A program made the position numbers and the translations under genes. The notes below the pieces were generated by a model. The model was given only the letters and a program-made list of their open reading frames with translations, was not told where the DNA came from and did no database searches. DNA of 64,000 nt from assembly GCF_003018255.1 (NCBI RefSeq), contig NZ_CP027440.1; one strand, 5' to 3'. Source of the DNA: Escherichia coli (lineage in GTDB: Bacteria; Pseudomonadota; Gammaproteobacteria; Enterobacterales; Enterobacteriaceae). This document shows, piece after piece, positions 26,605-40,608 of the stretch; positions within the stretch are counted from its first letter, which is position 1, and every line of letters starts with the position of its first letter.

Positions 26605-27679
26605 CGCTTTCGAGTCGGGAAATTTGTCGCGCCAGCTGCATTAAAGAATCTGCCAACGCCTGGGGAGAAGCGGTTTGCGTATTGGGCGGAAGGGTGGTTT
26701 TTCTTTTCACCAGTGAGACGGGCAACAGCTGATTGCCCTTCACCGCCTGGCCCTGAGAGAGTTGCAGCAAGCGGTCCACGCTGGTTTGCCCCAGCAGGCG
26801 AAAATCCTGTTTGATGGTGGTTAACGGCGGGATATAACACGAGCTGTCTTCGGTATCGTCGTATCCCACTACCGAGATATCCGCACCAACGCGCAGCCCG
26901 GACTCGGTAATGGCGCGCATTGCGCCCAGCGCCATCTGATCGTTGGCAACCAGCATCGCAGTGGGAACGATGCCCTCATTCAGCATTTGCATGGTTTGTT
27001 GAAAACCGGACATGGCACTCCAGTCGCCTTCCCGTTCCGCTATCGGCTGAATTTGATTGCGTGTGAGATATTTATGCCAGCCCGCCAGACGCAGACGCGC
27101 CGAGACAGAACTTAATGGACCTGCTAACAGCGCGATTTGCTGGTGACCCAATGCGACCAGATGCTCCACGCCCAGTCGCGTACCGTCTTCATGGGAGAAA
27201 ATAATACTGTTGATGGGTGTCTGGTCAGAGACATCAAGAAATAAAGCCGGAACATTAGCGCAGGCAGCTTCCACAGCAATGGCATCCTGGTCATCCAGCG
27301 GATAGTTAATGATCAGCCCACTGACGCGTTGCGCGAGAAGATTGTGCACCGCCGCTTTACAGGCTTCGACGCCGCTTCGTTCTACCATCGACACCACCAC
27401 GCTGGCACCCAGTTGATCGGCGCGAGATTTAATCGCCGCGACAATTTGCGACGGCGCGTGCAGGGCCAGACTGGAGGTGGCAACGCCAATCAGCAACGAC
27501 TGCTTGCCCGCCAGTTGTTGTGCCACGCGGTTGGGAATGTAATTCAGCTCCGCCATCGCCGCTTCCACTTTTTCCCGCGTTTTCGCAGAAACGTGGCAGG
27601 CCTGGTTCACCACGCGGGAAACGGTCTGATAAGAGACACCGGCATACTCTGCGACATCGTATAGCGTTACTGGTTTCAC
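26597..27679 (-). CDS. lacI: lactose operon repressor
   Basis: 360 aa from GTG at 27677-27679 (N-terminus VKPVTLYDVAEYAGVSYQTVSRV); stop codon overlaps O3. Confidence 0.97.
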
Positions 27680-27755
27680 ATTCACCACCCTGAATTGACT
27701 CTCTTCCGGGCGCTATCATGCCATACCACGAAAGGTTTTGCGCCATTCGATGGTG

Positions 27756-28589
27756 TCAACGTAAATGCACGCCGCTTCGCCGTCCGGCCACCAGAATAGC
27801 CTGCGATTCAACCCCTTCTTCGATCTGTTTTGCCACCCGTTGTAGCGCCGGAAGATGCTTTTCCGCTGCCTGTTCAATGGTCATTGCGCTCGCCATATAC
27901 ACCAGATTCAGACAGCCAATCACCCGTTGTTCACTGCGCAGCGGTACGGCAATAGAGGCGATCTTTTCTTCTTGATCCCAGCCGCGGTAGTTCTGTCCGT
28001 ACCCCTCTTTGCGCGCGCGCGCCAGAATGGCTTCCAGCTTTAACGGTTCCCGTGCCAGTTGATAGTCATCACCGGGGCGGGAGGCTAACATCTCGATTAA
28101 TTCCTTGCGTTCTTGTTCCGGGCAAAAGGCCAGCCAGGTCAGGCCCGAGGCGGTTTTCAGAAGCGGTAACCGTCGCCCGACCATTGCCCGGTGAAAAGAT
28201 AAGCGGCTGAAACGATGGGTAGTTTCGCGTACCACCATTGCATCAACATCCAGGGTGGACACATCTGTCGGCCATACCACTTCGCGCAACAGATCGCCCA
28301 GCAGTGGGGCCGCCAGTGCAGAAATCCACTGTTCGTCACGAAATCCTTCGCTTAATTGCCGCACTTTGATGGTCAAACGGAAACTATCATCGGAGGGACT
28401 ACGCCGGACATATCCCTCTTCCTGCAGCGTCTCCAGCAGTCGCCGCACAGTGGTGCGATGCAGGCCGCTGAGTTCCGCCAGCAGCCCGACGCTGGCACCG
28501 CCATCAAGTTTATTTAACATATTTAATAACATTAGACCGCGGGTTAAGCCGCGCACGGTTTTGTATGCCGTCTGCTCATTGTTCTGCAT
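27756..28589 (-). CDS. mhpR: IclR-family activator of the mhp operon
   Basis: 277 aa from ATG at 28587-28589 (N-terminus MQNNEQT); divergent from mhpA. Confidence 0.92.
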   Translation of the reverse strand: MQNNEQTAYKTVRGLTRGLMLLNMLNKLDGGASVGLLAELSGLHRTTVRRLLETLQEEGYVRRSPSDDSFRLTIKVRQLSEGFRDEQWISALAAPLLGDLLREVVWPTDVSTLDVDAMVVRETTHRFSRLSFHRAMVGRRLPLLKTASGLTWLAFCPEQERKELIEMLASRPGDDYQLAREPLKLEAILARARKEGYGQNYRGWDQEEKIASIAVPLRSEQRVIGCLNLVYMASAMTIEQAAEKHLPALQRVAKQIEEGVESQAILVAGRRSGVHLR

Positions 28590-28779
28590 ATTAATTGACA
28601 TTTCTATAGTTAAAACAACGTTGTGCACTTGGTGCACATTCGGGCATGTTTTGATTGTAGCCGAAAACACCCTTCCTATACTGAGCGCACAATAAAAAAT
28701 CATTTACATGTTTTTAACAAAATAAGTTGCGCCGTACTGTGCGCGCAACGGCATTTTGTCCGAGTCGTGAGGTACTGAA

Positions 28780-30444
28780 ATGGCAATACAACATCCTGAC
28801 ATCCAGCCTGCTGTTAACCATAGCGTTCAGGTGGCGATCGCTGGTGCCGGTCCGGTCGGGCTGATGATGGCGAACTATCTCGGCCAGATGGGCATTGACG
28901 TGCTGGTGGTGGAGAAACTCGATAAGTTGATCGACTACCCGCGTGCGATTGGTATTGATGACGAGGCGCTGCGCACCATGCAGTCGGTCGGCCTGGTCGA
29001 TAATGTTCTGCCGCACACTACGCCGTGGCACGCGATGCGTTTTCTCACCCCAAAAGGTCGCTGTTTTGCTGATATTCAGCCAATGACCGATGAATTTGGC
29101 TGGCCGCGCCGTAACGCCTTTATTCAGCCTCAGGTCGATGCGGTGATGCTGGAAGGATTGTCGCGTTTTCCGAATGTGCGCTGCCTGTTTTCCCGCGAGC
29201 TGGAGGCCTTCAGCCAGCAAGATGACGAAGTGACCTTGCACCTGAAAACGGCAGAAGGGCAGCGGGAAACGGTCAAAGCCCAATGGCTGGTGGCCTGTGA
29301 TGGTGGGGCAAGTTTTGTCCGTCGCACCCTGAATGTGCCGTTTGAAGGTAAAACTGCGCCAAATCAGTGGATTGTGGTAGATATCGCCAACGATCCGTTA
29401 AGTACGCCGCATATCTATTTGTGTTGTGATCCGGTGCGCCCGTATGTTTCTGCCGCGCTGCCTCATGCGGTACGTCGCTTTGAATTTATGGTGATGCCGG
29501 GAGAAACCGAAGAACAGCTGCGTGAGCCGCAAAATATGCGCAAGCTGTTAAGCAAAGTGCTGCCTAATCCGGACAATGTTGAATTGATTCGCCAGCGTGT
29601 CTACACCCACAACGCGCGACTGGCGCAACGTTTTCGTATTGATCGCGTACTGCTGGCGGGCGATGCCGCGCACATCATGCCGGTGTGGCAGGGGCAGGGC
29701 TATAACAGTGGTATGCGCGACGCCTTTAACCTCGCATGGAAACTGGCGTTGGTTATCCAGGGGAAAGCCCGCGATGCGCTGCTCGATACCTATCAACAAG
29801 AACGTCGCGATCACGCCAAAGCGATGATTGACCTGTCCGTGACGGCGGGCAACGTGCTGGCTCCGCCGAAACGCTGGCAGGGTACGTTACGTGACGGCGT
29901 TTCCTGGCTGTTGAATTATCTGCCGCCAGTAAAACGCTACTTCCTCGAAATGCGCTTCAAGCCGATGCCGCAATATTACGGCGGTGCGCTGGTGCGTGAG
30001 GGCGAAGCGAAGCACTCTCCGGTCGGCAAGATGTTTATTCAGCCGAAAGTCACGCTGGAAAACGGCGACGTGACGCTGCTCGATAACGCGATCGGCGCGA
30101 ACTTCGCGGTAATTGGCTGGGGATGCAATCCACTGTGGGGGATGAGCGACGAGCAAATCCAGCAGTGGCGCGCGTTGGGCACACGCTTCATTCAGGTGGT
30201 GCCGGAAGTGCAAATTCATACCGCACAGGATAACCACGACGGCGTACTACGCGTGGGCGATACGCAAGGTCGCCTGCGTAGCTGGTTCGCGCAACACAAT
30301 GCTTCGCTGGTGGTGATGCGCCCGGATCGCTTTGTTGCCGCCACCGCCATTCCGCAAACTCTGGGTAATACGCTGAATAAACTGGCGTCGGTAATGACGC
30401 TGACCCGCCCTGATGCCGACGTTTCTGTCGAAAAGGTAGCCTGA
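28780..30444 (+). CDS. mhpA: 3-(3-hydroxyphenyl)propionate hydroxylase (FAD monooxygenase)
   Basis: 554 aa; FAD-binding GAGPVG motif. Confidence 0.95.
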   Translation: MAIQHPDIQPAVNHSVQVAIAGAGPVGLMMANYLGQMGIDVLVVEKLDKLIDYPRAIGIDDEALRTMQSVGLVDNVLPHTTPWHAMRFLTPKGRCFADIQPMTDEFGWPRRNAFIQPQVDAVMLEGLSRFPNVRCLFSRELEAFSQQDDEVTLHLKTAEGQRETVKAQWLVACDGGASFVRRTLNVPFEGKTAPNQWIVVDIANDPLSTPHIYLCCDPVRPYVSAALPHAVRRFEFMVMPGETEEQLREPQNMRKLLSKVLPNPDNVELIRQRVYTHNARLAQRFRIDRVLLAGDAAHIMPVWQGQGYNSGMRDAFNLAWKLALVIQGKARDALLDTYQQERRDHAKAMIDLSVTAGNVLAPPKRWQGTLRDGVSWLLNYLPPVKRYFLEMRFKPMPQYYGGALVREGEAKHSPVGKMFIQPKVTLENGDVTLLDNAIGANFAVIGWGCNPLWGMSDEQIQQWRALGTRFIQVVPEVQIHTAQDNHDGVLRVGDTQGRLRSWFAQHNASLVVMRPDRFVAATAIPQTLGNTLNKLASVMTLTRPDADVSVEKVA

Positions 30445-30445
30445 T

Positions 30446-31390
30446 ATGCACGCTTATCTTCACTGTCTTTCCCACTCGCCGCTGGTGGGATATGTCGACC
30501 CGGCGCAAGAGGTGCTCGATGAGGTCAATGGCGTGATTGCCAGCGCCCGCGAGCGTATTGCGGCTTTCTCCCCTGAGTTGGTGGTGCTGTTTGCGCCAGA
30601 TCACTACAACGGCTTTTTCTATGACGTGATGCCACCGTTCTGTTTAGGCGTTGGAGCGACGGCAATTGGTGATTTCGGTAGTGCGGCAGGAGAGCTGCCC
30701 GTGCCTGTTGAGCTGGCGGAGGCCTGTGCGCATGCCGTCATGAAGAGCGGAATCGATCTTGCCGTTTCTTACTGTATGCAGGTGGACCACGGGTTCGCCC
30801 AGCCGCTGGAGTTCCTGCTCGGTGGGCTGGATAAGGTGCCGGTTCTGCCTGTGTTCATCAACGGTGTCGCCACGCCGTTGCCCGGTTTCCAGCGTACCCG
30901 CATGTTGGGGGAAGCCATTGGACGTTTCACCAGTACTCTCAATAAACGCGTGCTGTTCCTGGGTTCCGGTGGGCTTTCCCATCAGCCGCCGGTGCCAGAA
31001 CTGGCGAAAGCCGATGCCCATATGCGCGACCGTCTGTTGGGGAGCGGGAAAGATTTACCCGCCAGTGAGCGCGAATTGCGTCAGCAACGGGTGATTAGCG
31101 CCGCTGAGAAGTTTGTTGAGGATCAGAGAACGCTGCATCCGCTCAACCCGATTTGGGATAACCAGTTCATGACTTTGCTGGAGCAGGGACGCATACAGGA
31201 ACTGGATGCCGTCAGTAACGAAGAGCTTTCCGCCATTGCCGGAAAGTCGACACATGAAATCAAAACCTGGGTCGCCGCTTTTGCCGCTATTTCTGCGTTT
31301 GGCAACTGGCGTAGCGAAGGGCGTTATTACCGCCCAATCCCGGAGTGGATTGCCGGATTTGGCTCGTTAAGCGCCAGAACAGAGAACTGA
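30446..31390 (+). CDS. mhpB: 2,3-dihydroxyphenylpropionate 1,2-dioxygenase (extradiol)
   Basis: 314 aa. Confidence 0.95.
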
Positions 31391-31407
31391 ATATGCAGGA
31401 GAAGATG

Positions 31408-32274
31408 ATGAGTTATCAGCCACAAACCGAAGCCGCCACCAGCCGTTTTCTGAATGTAGAAGAAGCGGGTAAAACGCTGCGCATCCATTTTAATGACTGC
31501 GGACAAGGCGACGAAACTGTTGTCCTGCTGCATGGTTCCGGCCCGGGTGCTACTGGCTGGGCGAACTTCAGCCGCAATATCGATCCGCTGGTAAAGGCGG
31601 GCTATCGGGTGATCCTGCTGGATTGTCCGGGTTGGGGTAAGAGCGATTCGATCGTTAATAGTGGTTCACGATCGGATCTTAATGCGCGAATCCTGAAAAG
31701 CGTGGTGGATCAACTGGATATCGCCAAAATCCACCTGCTGGGCAACTCGATGGGCGGCCACAGTTCTGTGGCGTTCACCCTTAACTGGCCGGAGCGCGTC
31801 GGCAAACTGGTGCTGATGGGCGGCGGTACGGGCGGCATGAGTTTGTTTACGCCGATGCCAACCGAAGGTATTAAGCGACTGAATCAGCTTTATCGTCAGC
31901 CGACTATCGAAAACCTGAAGCTGATGATGGATATCTTCGTTTTTGATACCAGCGATTTGACCGACGCCCTGTTTGAAGCGCGCCTGAATAATATGCTGTC
32001 GCGCCGCGATCACCTGGAAAACTTCGTTAAGAGCCTGGAAGCCAATCCGAAACAGTTCCCGGATTTTGGCCCACGTCTGGCGGAAATCAAAGCGCAAACC
32101 CTGATTGTCTGGGGGCGCAACGACCGCTTTGTGCCGATGGATGCGGGTCTGCGTCTGCTGTCCGGCATTGCCGGTTCTGAACTGCATATCTTCCGCGACT
32201 GTGGTCACTGGGCGCAGTGGGAACATGCCGACGCTTTCAATCAACTGGTGCTGAATTTCCTCGCACGCCCTTAA
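31408..32274 (+). CDS. mhpC: 2-hydroxy-6-ketonona-2,4-dienedioate hydrolase (alpha/beta hydrolase)
   Basis: 288 aa from ATG 31408 ([10 protein letters not shown]), AGGAGA upstream; GNSMGG nucleophile motif; alternative upstream ATGs at 31393 and 31405. Confidence 0.9.
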   Translation: MSYQPQTEAATSRFLNVEEAGKTLRIHFNDCGQGDETVVLLHGSGPGATGWANFSRNIDPLVKAGYRVILLDCPGWGKSDSIVNSGSRSDLNARILKSVVDQLDIAKIHLLGNSMGGHSSVAFTLNWPERVGKLVLMGGGTGGMSLFTPMPTEGIKRLNQLYRQPTIENLKLMMDIFVFDTSDLTDALFEARLNNMLSRRDHLENFVKSLEANPKQFPDFGPRLAEIKAQTLIVWGRNDRFVPMDAGLRLLSGIAGSELHIFRDCGHWAQWEHADAFNQLVLNFLARP

Positions 32275-34036
<1,762 letters not shown>

Positions 34037-34040
<4 letters not shown>

Positions 34041-35050
34041 ACGGTAAAAAACTTTATATCTCGGACGTCACGTTGCGTGACGGTATGCACGCCATTCGTC
34101 ATCAGTATTCATTGGAAAACGTTCGCCAGGTTGCCAAAGCACTGGACGATGCCCGCGTGGATTCGATTGAAGTGGCCCACGGCGACGGTTTGCAAGGTTC
34201 CAGCTTTAACTATGGTTTCGGCGCACATAGCGACCTTGAATGGATTGAAGCGGCGGCGGATGTGGTGAAGCACGCCAAAATCGCGACGTTGTTGCTGCCT
34301 GGAATCGGCACTATTCACGATCTGAAAAATGCCTGGCAGGCTGGCGCGCGGGTGGTTCGTGTGGCTACGCACTGTACCGAAGCTGATGTTTCCGCCCAGC
34401 ATATTCAGTATGCTCGCGAGCTCGGAATGGACACCGTTGGTTTTCTGATGATGAGCCATATGACCACGCCGGAGAATCTCGCAAAGCAGGCAAAGCTGAT
34501 GGAAGGCTACGGTGCGACCTGTATTTATGTGGTGGATTCTGGCGGTGCGATGAACATGAGCGATATCCGTGACCGTTTCCGCGCTCTGAAAGCAGTGCTG
34601 AAACCAGAAACGCAAACCGGCATACACGCTCACCATAACCTGAGTCTTGGCGTGGCGAACTCTATCGCGGCGGTGGAAGAGGGCTGCGACCGAATCGACG
34701 CCAGCCTCGCGGGAATGGGCGCGGGCGCAGGTAACGCGCCGCTGGAAGTTTTTATTGCCGCCGCGGATAAACTGGGTTGGCAGCATGGGACCGATCTCTA
34801 TGCGTTAATGGATGCCGCTGACGACCTGGTGCGTCCGTTGCAGGATCGACCGGTACGAGTCGATCGCGAAACGCTGGCGCTGGGATACGCTGGTGTTTAC
34901 TCGAGCTTCCTGCGTCACTGTGAAACGGCGGCGGCGCGTTATGGCTTAAGCGCGGTGGATATTCTCGTTGAGCTGGGCAAACGCCGGATGGTTGGCGGCC
35001 AGGAGGATATGATCGTCGACGTGGCGCTGGATCTGCGCAACAACAAATAA
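34037..35050 (+). CDS. mhpE: 4-hydroxy-2-oxovalerate aldolase
   Basis: 337 aa; start overlaps the mhpF stop. Confidence 0.95.
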
Positions 35051-35089
35051 TGATGACTGCCGAGAACGTGCATTTTGTATGCCCATCCC

Positions 35090-35150
<61 letters not shown>

Positions 35151-35225
35151 CATTAAATGGTTCTGATTACGCGGCTGACAATGTATCAGCCGCGATTCAC
35201 CTGCACTCGCAACGAGGTTCATCTT

Positions 35226-36437
35226 ATGTCGACTCGTACCCCTTCATCATCTTCAACCCGCCTGATGCTGACCATCGGGCTTTGTTTTTTGGTCGCTCTG
35301 ATGGAAGGACTGGATCTTCAGGCGGCTGGCATTGCGGCGGGTGGCATCGCCCAGGCTTTCGCACTCGATAAAATGCAAATGGGCTGGATATTCAGCGCCG
35401 GAATACTCGGTTTGCTACCCGGCGCGTTGGTTGGCGGAATGCTGGCGGACCGTTATGGTCGCAAGCGCATTTTGATTGGCTCAGTTGCGCTGTTTGGTTT
35501 GTTCTCACTGGCAACGGCGATTGCCTGGGATTTCCCCTCACTGGTCTTTGCGCGGCTGATGACCGGTGTCGGGCTGGGGGCGGCGTTGCCGAATCTGATC
35601 GCCCTGACGTCTGAAGCCGCGGGTCCACGTTTTCGTGGGACGGCAGTGAGCCTGATGTATTGCGGTGTCCCCATTGGCGCGGCGCTGGCGGCGACACTGG
35701 GTTTCGCGGGGGCAAACTTAGCATGGCAAACGGTGTTTTGGGTAGGTGGTGTGGTGCCGTTGATTCTGGTGCCGCTATTAATGCGCTGGCTGCCGGAGTC
35801 GGCGGTGTTCGCTGGCGAAAAACAGGCTGCGCCACCACTGCGTGCGTTATTTGCGCCAGAAACGGCAACCGCGACGCTGCTGCTGTGGTTGTGTTATTTC
35901 TTCACTCTGCTGGTGGTCTACATGTTGATCAACTGGCTACCGCTGCTTTTGGTGGAGCAAGGATTCCAGCCATCGCAGGCGGCAGGGGTGATGTTTGCAC
36001 TGCAAATGGGGGCGGCAAGCGGGACGTTAATGTTGGGCGCATTGATGGATAAGCTGCGTCCAGTAACCATGTCGCTACTGATTTATAGCGGCATGTTAGC
36101 TTCGCTGCTGGCGCTGGGAACGGTGTCGTCATTTAACGGTATGTTGCTGGCGGGATTCGTCGCGGGGTTGTTTGCGACAGGTGGGCAAAGCGTTTTGTAT
36201 GCCCTGGCACCGTTGTTTTACAGTTCGCAGATCCGCGCAACAGGTGTGGGAACAGCCGTGGCGGTAGGGCGTCTGGGGGCTATGAGCGGTCCGTTACTGG
36301 CCGGGAAAATGCTGGCATTAGGCATTGGCACGGTTGGCGTAATGGCCGCTTCTGCGCCGGGTATTCTTGTTGCTGGCCTGGCAGTATTTATTTTGATGAG
36401 CCGGAGATCACGAATGCAGCCGTGCGCCGATGCCTGA
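35226..36437 (+). CDS. mhpT: MFS transporter for 3-hydroxyphenylpropionate
   Basis: 403 aa from ATG 35226 (MSTRTPSSSS); track ORF starts 23 codons upstream. Confidence 0.9.
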   Translation: MSTRTPSSSSTRLMLTIGLCFLVALMEGLDLQAAGIAAGGIAQAFALDKMQMGWIFSAGILGLLPGALVGGMLADRYGRKRILIGSVALFGLFSLATAIAWDFPSLVFARLMTGVGLGAALPNLIALTSEAAGPRFRGTAVSLMYCGVPIGAALAATLGFAGANLAWQTVFWVGGVVPLILVPLLMRWLPESAVFAGEKQAAPPLRALFAPETATATLLLWLCYFFTLLVVYMLINWLPLLLVEQGFQPSQAAGVMFALQMGAASGTLMLGALMDKLRPVTMSLLIYSGMLASLLALGTVSSFNGMLLAGFVAGLFATGGQSVLYALAPLFYSSQIRATGVGTAVAVGRLGAMSGPLLAGKMLALGIGTVGVMAASAPGILVAGLAVFILMSRRSRMQPCADA

Positions 36438-36538
36438 CGCGCCTTATTAAGCAGGGGCGAAAGGGACTTGCCCCCAATACACCTACGGCGTTTACAGGTA
36501 TACTCGCTAAAAATTATTCAGCGGGTTTGGAAACAAAG

Positions 36539-37078
36539 ATGGCAAAACTTACCTTACAAGAGCAGTTGCTCAAAGCAGGATTAGTCACCAGCAAAAAAGC
36601 GGCGAAGGTCGAGAGAACGGCGAAAAAATCGCGCGTTCAGGCGCGTGAAGCTCGGGCGGCGGTAGAAGAAAATAAAAAGGCACAGCTTGAGCGTGATAAA
36701 CAGCTTAGCGAACAGCAAAAACAAGCGGCGTTGGCGAAAGAATATAAAGCCCAGGTGAAGCAGCTCATTGAAATGAACCGAATCACCATTGCCAATGGCG
36801 ATATTGGTTTTAACTTCACTGACGGCAATCTGATTAAGAAGATTTTTGTCGATAAGCTCACACAGGCGCAGTTGATTAATGGTCGTCTGGCGATTGCCCG
36901 CTTGTTGGTCGATAACAATAGCGAAGGTGAATACGCCATTATTCCCGCCAGTGTTGCCGATAAAATTGCTCAGCGTGATGCCAGCAGTATTGTGTTGCAC
37001 AGCGCGCTCAGCGCCGAAGAGCAGGATGAAGACGATCCGTATGCCGACTTCAAAGTGCCTGATGATTTGATGTGGTAA
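36539..37078 (+). CDS. yaiL: DUF2058-family protein with Lys/Glu-rich N-terminal region
   Basis: 179 aa from ATG 36539 (MAKLTLQEQLLKAG); track ORF starts 39 codons upstream. Confidence 0.85.
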   Translation: MAKLTLQEQLLKAGLVTSKKAAKVERTAKKSRVQAREARAAVEENKKAQLERDKQLSEQQKQAALAKEYKAQVKQLIEMNRITIANGDIGFNFTDGNLIKKIFVDKLTQAQLINGRLAIARLLVDNNSEGEYAIIPASVADKIAQRDASSIVLHSALSAEEQDEDDPYADFKVPDDLMW

Positions 37079-37091
37079 ACATAGATAAGCC

Positions 37092-37292
<201 letters not shown>

Positions 37293-37304
37293 GTGCGCGG
37301 ATGC

Positions 37305-38138
37305 TCAACGCATATTCAGTTTATTGGCGTGGTACGCAATATGCTCGCCAATAAAACTGGAGACAAAATAATAGCTGTGATCATAACCCTCGTGATAACG
37401 GATTAACGTTTTGATATTCATCTCCTGGCAGATCTTTTCAAGATTTGGAGTCCGCAGCTGTTCTGCGTAAAAATCATCACTCAACCCCTGATCAACCATT
37501 ATTTCCGCAACGCGTTGACCTTGTGAAATAAGACTCACCGGATCGTAATCCAACCAGGCATCTTTATTTTCACCAAGATATGCGGTAAAGGCTTGCTGTC
37601 CCCACGGTACTTGCGATGGGGAGACAATGGGCGCAAACGCCGAGACGCTGACATATTCATCTGGGTTACGTAACGCCAGCACCAGCGCGCCCAGCCCGCC
37701 CATAGAATGACCTGAGATAGACTTTCTGGTCGTTGCCGGAAAATGTTGCATCACTAAATCCGGCAGCTCGTTGCGGATATAGTCATACATTTTGTAATGT
37801 TCATTCCACGGCGCTTGCGTTGCGTTCAGGTAAAACCCGGCACCTTGCCCGAGATCGTAACGGTCGGCATCTGCGACATGACTGCCTCGCGGACTGGTGT
37901 CTGGCGCAACAACAATAATGTTGTGCTCAGCCGCGTAACGCTGCATCCCCGATTTAGTAATGAAATTCTGCTCGTTGCAGGTCAGGCCTGAAAGCCAGTA
38001 CAACACCGGCAATTTTTCATTTGCGGCTTTTGGCGGGAGATAGACGCCGACATTCATTTCACATTTCAGTGATGGGGAATAATGCCGATACACATTTTGC
38101 CAGCCGCCAAAGCTGGCATGTTTTTCAATGAGTTCCAT
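37305..38138 (-). CDS. frmB: S-formylglutathione hydrolase
   Basis: 277 aa esterase with GHSMGG serine motif. Confidence 0.95.
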   Translation of the reverse strand: MELIEKHASFGGWQNVYRHYSPSLKCEMNVGVYLPPKAANEKLPVLYWLSGLTCNEQNFITKSGMQRYAAEHNIIVVAPDTSPRGSHVADADRYDLGQGAGFYLNATQAPWNEHYKMYDYIRNELPDLVMQHFPATTRKSISGHSMGGLGALVLALRNPDEYVSVSAFAPIVSPSQVPWGQQAFTAYLGENKDAWLDYDPVSLISQGQRVAEIMVDQGLSDDFYAEQLRTPNLEKICQEMNIKTLIRYHEGYDHSYYFVSSFIGEHIAYHANKLNMR

Positions 38139-38229
38139 CAGTCATTATCTCACGGTTAATCCCCCGGACGGCTGCCCGGGGAGAGTATTAAGAACCCCGT
38201 CTGAACTGGACGGGTAAACCTGCGGGAAA

Positions 38230-39369
<1,140 letters not shown>

Positions 39370-39373
39370 TCAG

Positions 39374-39649
39374 CTATTTAAGATAGGCACGAACCAGTTC
39401 AATAGTGTCGTCAACGGATTGGCTGACTTCGCGGCTGTAGCAGTCATTTCGGTCAAACGTTTCCCGGATATGGCTTTCAAGCACTTCTGCCATCAGTCCG
39501 TTAGCCGCGCCCCGAACGGCAGCGATCTGTTGGAGTATGGCACGGCATTCGGCATCACCCTCCAGCGACCGTTCCAGAGCATCAATCTGCCCCCGAATAC
39601 GACGAACTCGAGTAAGGACCTTTTTCTTCTCTTCCGGAGTACTGGGCAT
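39374..39649 (-). CDS. frmR: formaldehyde-responsive repressor (RcnR/CsoR family)
   Basis: 91 aa from ATG at 39647-39649 ([10 protein letters not shown]); track ORF begins at GTG 39668-39670. Confidence 0.9.
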
Positions 39650-39673
39650 TTCGCACCTCATCATCTGCACGCA

Positions 39674-39726
39674 ATATACTATAGGGGGGTATGTTATATG
39701 TCAATGCATACCCCCCTATAGTATAT
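39674..39726. promoter_or_regulatory. candidate FrmR operator: perfect 19-bp inverted repeat ATATACTATAGGGGGGTAT / ATACCCCCCTATAGTATAT separated by 15 bp
   Basis: Seen in sequence immediately upstream of frmR; G6/C6 tracts flanked by AT-rich arms resemble RcnR/FrmR-family operators. Confidence 0.6.
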
Positions 39727-39833
39727 AACACTGGAGAATAAAATTTATCCGGTGAATGTAGTCGGATAACAAAAAGTAAAGAGGGGCCTAATCGACAGGG
39801 AAGGCCGCCCCGGATAGCGGGCGGCAGAAGGAA

Positions 39834-40607
39834 TCAGAATTTCCAGGTCAGATGGGCTGCAAGTTGCAGACCGTTATAATCATCGGTTGGGGTGTCGTAC
39901 CACACTTTACCTGCCGTCAGCCCGAGATTAAGTTGCTCAGTCAGCGGTTGAATACGTTGCAAACTGACGCTCTTCATGCTGCCGTAGCGTGTTTCTGGCG
40001 TCCAGTCATAGGTGTAAGCACCTGTTCCGCGGCTTAGCCATAGTTGCGTATAACCAGTGCCGCGCGGGTCATTCAGACGCACGGAAATCATATTGCTGTA
40101 ACTACCACCTGCATCGCTGGAGTCATAATGGGTATAGCGATAGCTGGTGATCACCGGGCCTGTATAGAGGGATACGCCGCCTTGCCAGGCATCGACTTCG
40201 ACATCATCGTAATATTTAGTGTAGCGATAACCGGTCGTGAAAAGCGTTTTTGGCAACAGGGCCAGGTTAATATCCTGACGAAAATCCTGGCGGGCAAAGA
40301 CCGGCGTATTATCCGCAAAGGCAATACCCGTTCGGGTTGTCAGCCAGTTATTCCATTTATACCAGACCGCACCCTGACCGCGAGTGGCATTGAAATGTTC
40401 AGTTTCATAATCACGACGCCCCTGGGAAAGATTAAAAAGCAGCGTTGCGTTTTCAACTTTCGCCACCAGTTCAGCATACGCTAAATTACGGTTGCCATGA
40501 TCGCCAGAATAATCGGTAAAATCGTAGCCCGCGGTAATGGAAGTTAACCCGGCATAAGCGGGCAATGTGCTAAATATTGCCGCCGCTAATAACGTCCGTT
40601 TTATCAT
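39834..40607 (-). CDS. yaiO: outer-membrane beta-barrel protein
   Basis: 257 aa, signal peptide MIKRTLLAAAIFSTLPAYA, C-terminal ...HLTWKF; last gene of the yaiS-P-X-O operon. Confidence 0.88.
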   Translation of the reverse strand: MIKRTLLAAAIFSTLPAYAGLTSITAGYDFTDYSGDHGNRNLAYAELVAKVENATLLFNLSQGRRDYETEHFNATRGQGAVWYKWNNWLTTRTGIAFADNTPVFARQDFRQDINLALLPKTLFTTGYRYTKYYDDVEVDAWQGGVSLYTGPVITSYRYTHYDSSDAGGSYSNMISVRLNDPRGTGYTQLWLSRGTGAYTYDWTPETRYGSMKSVSLQRIQPLTEQLNLGLTAGKVWYDTPTDDYNGLQLAAHLTWKF

Positions 40608-40608
40608 T

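Noticed and set aside
34109-34786. 225-aa minus-strand ORF antisense to mhpE
   Set aside because: Shadow ORF within the mhp operon
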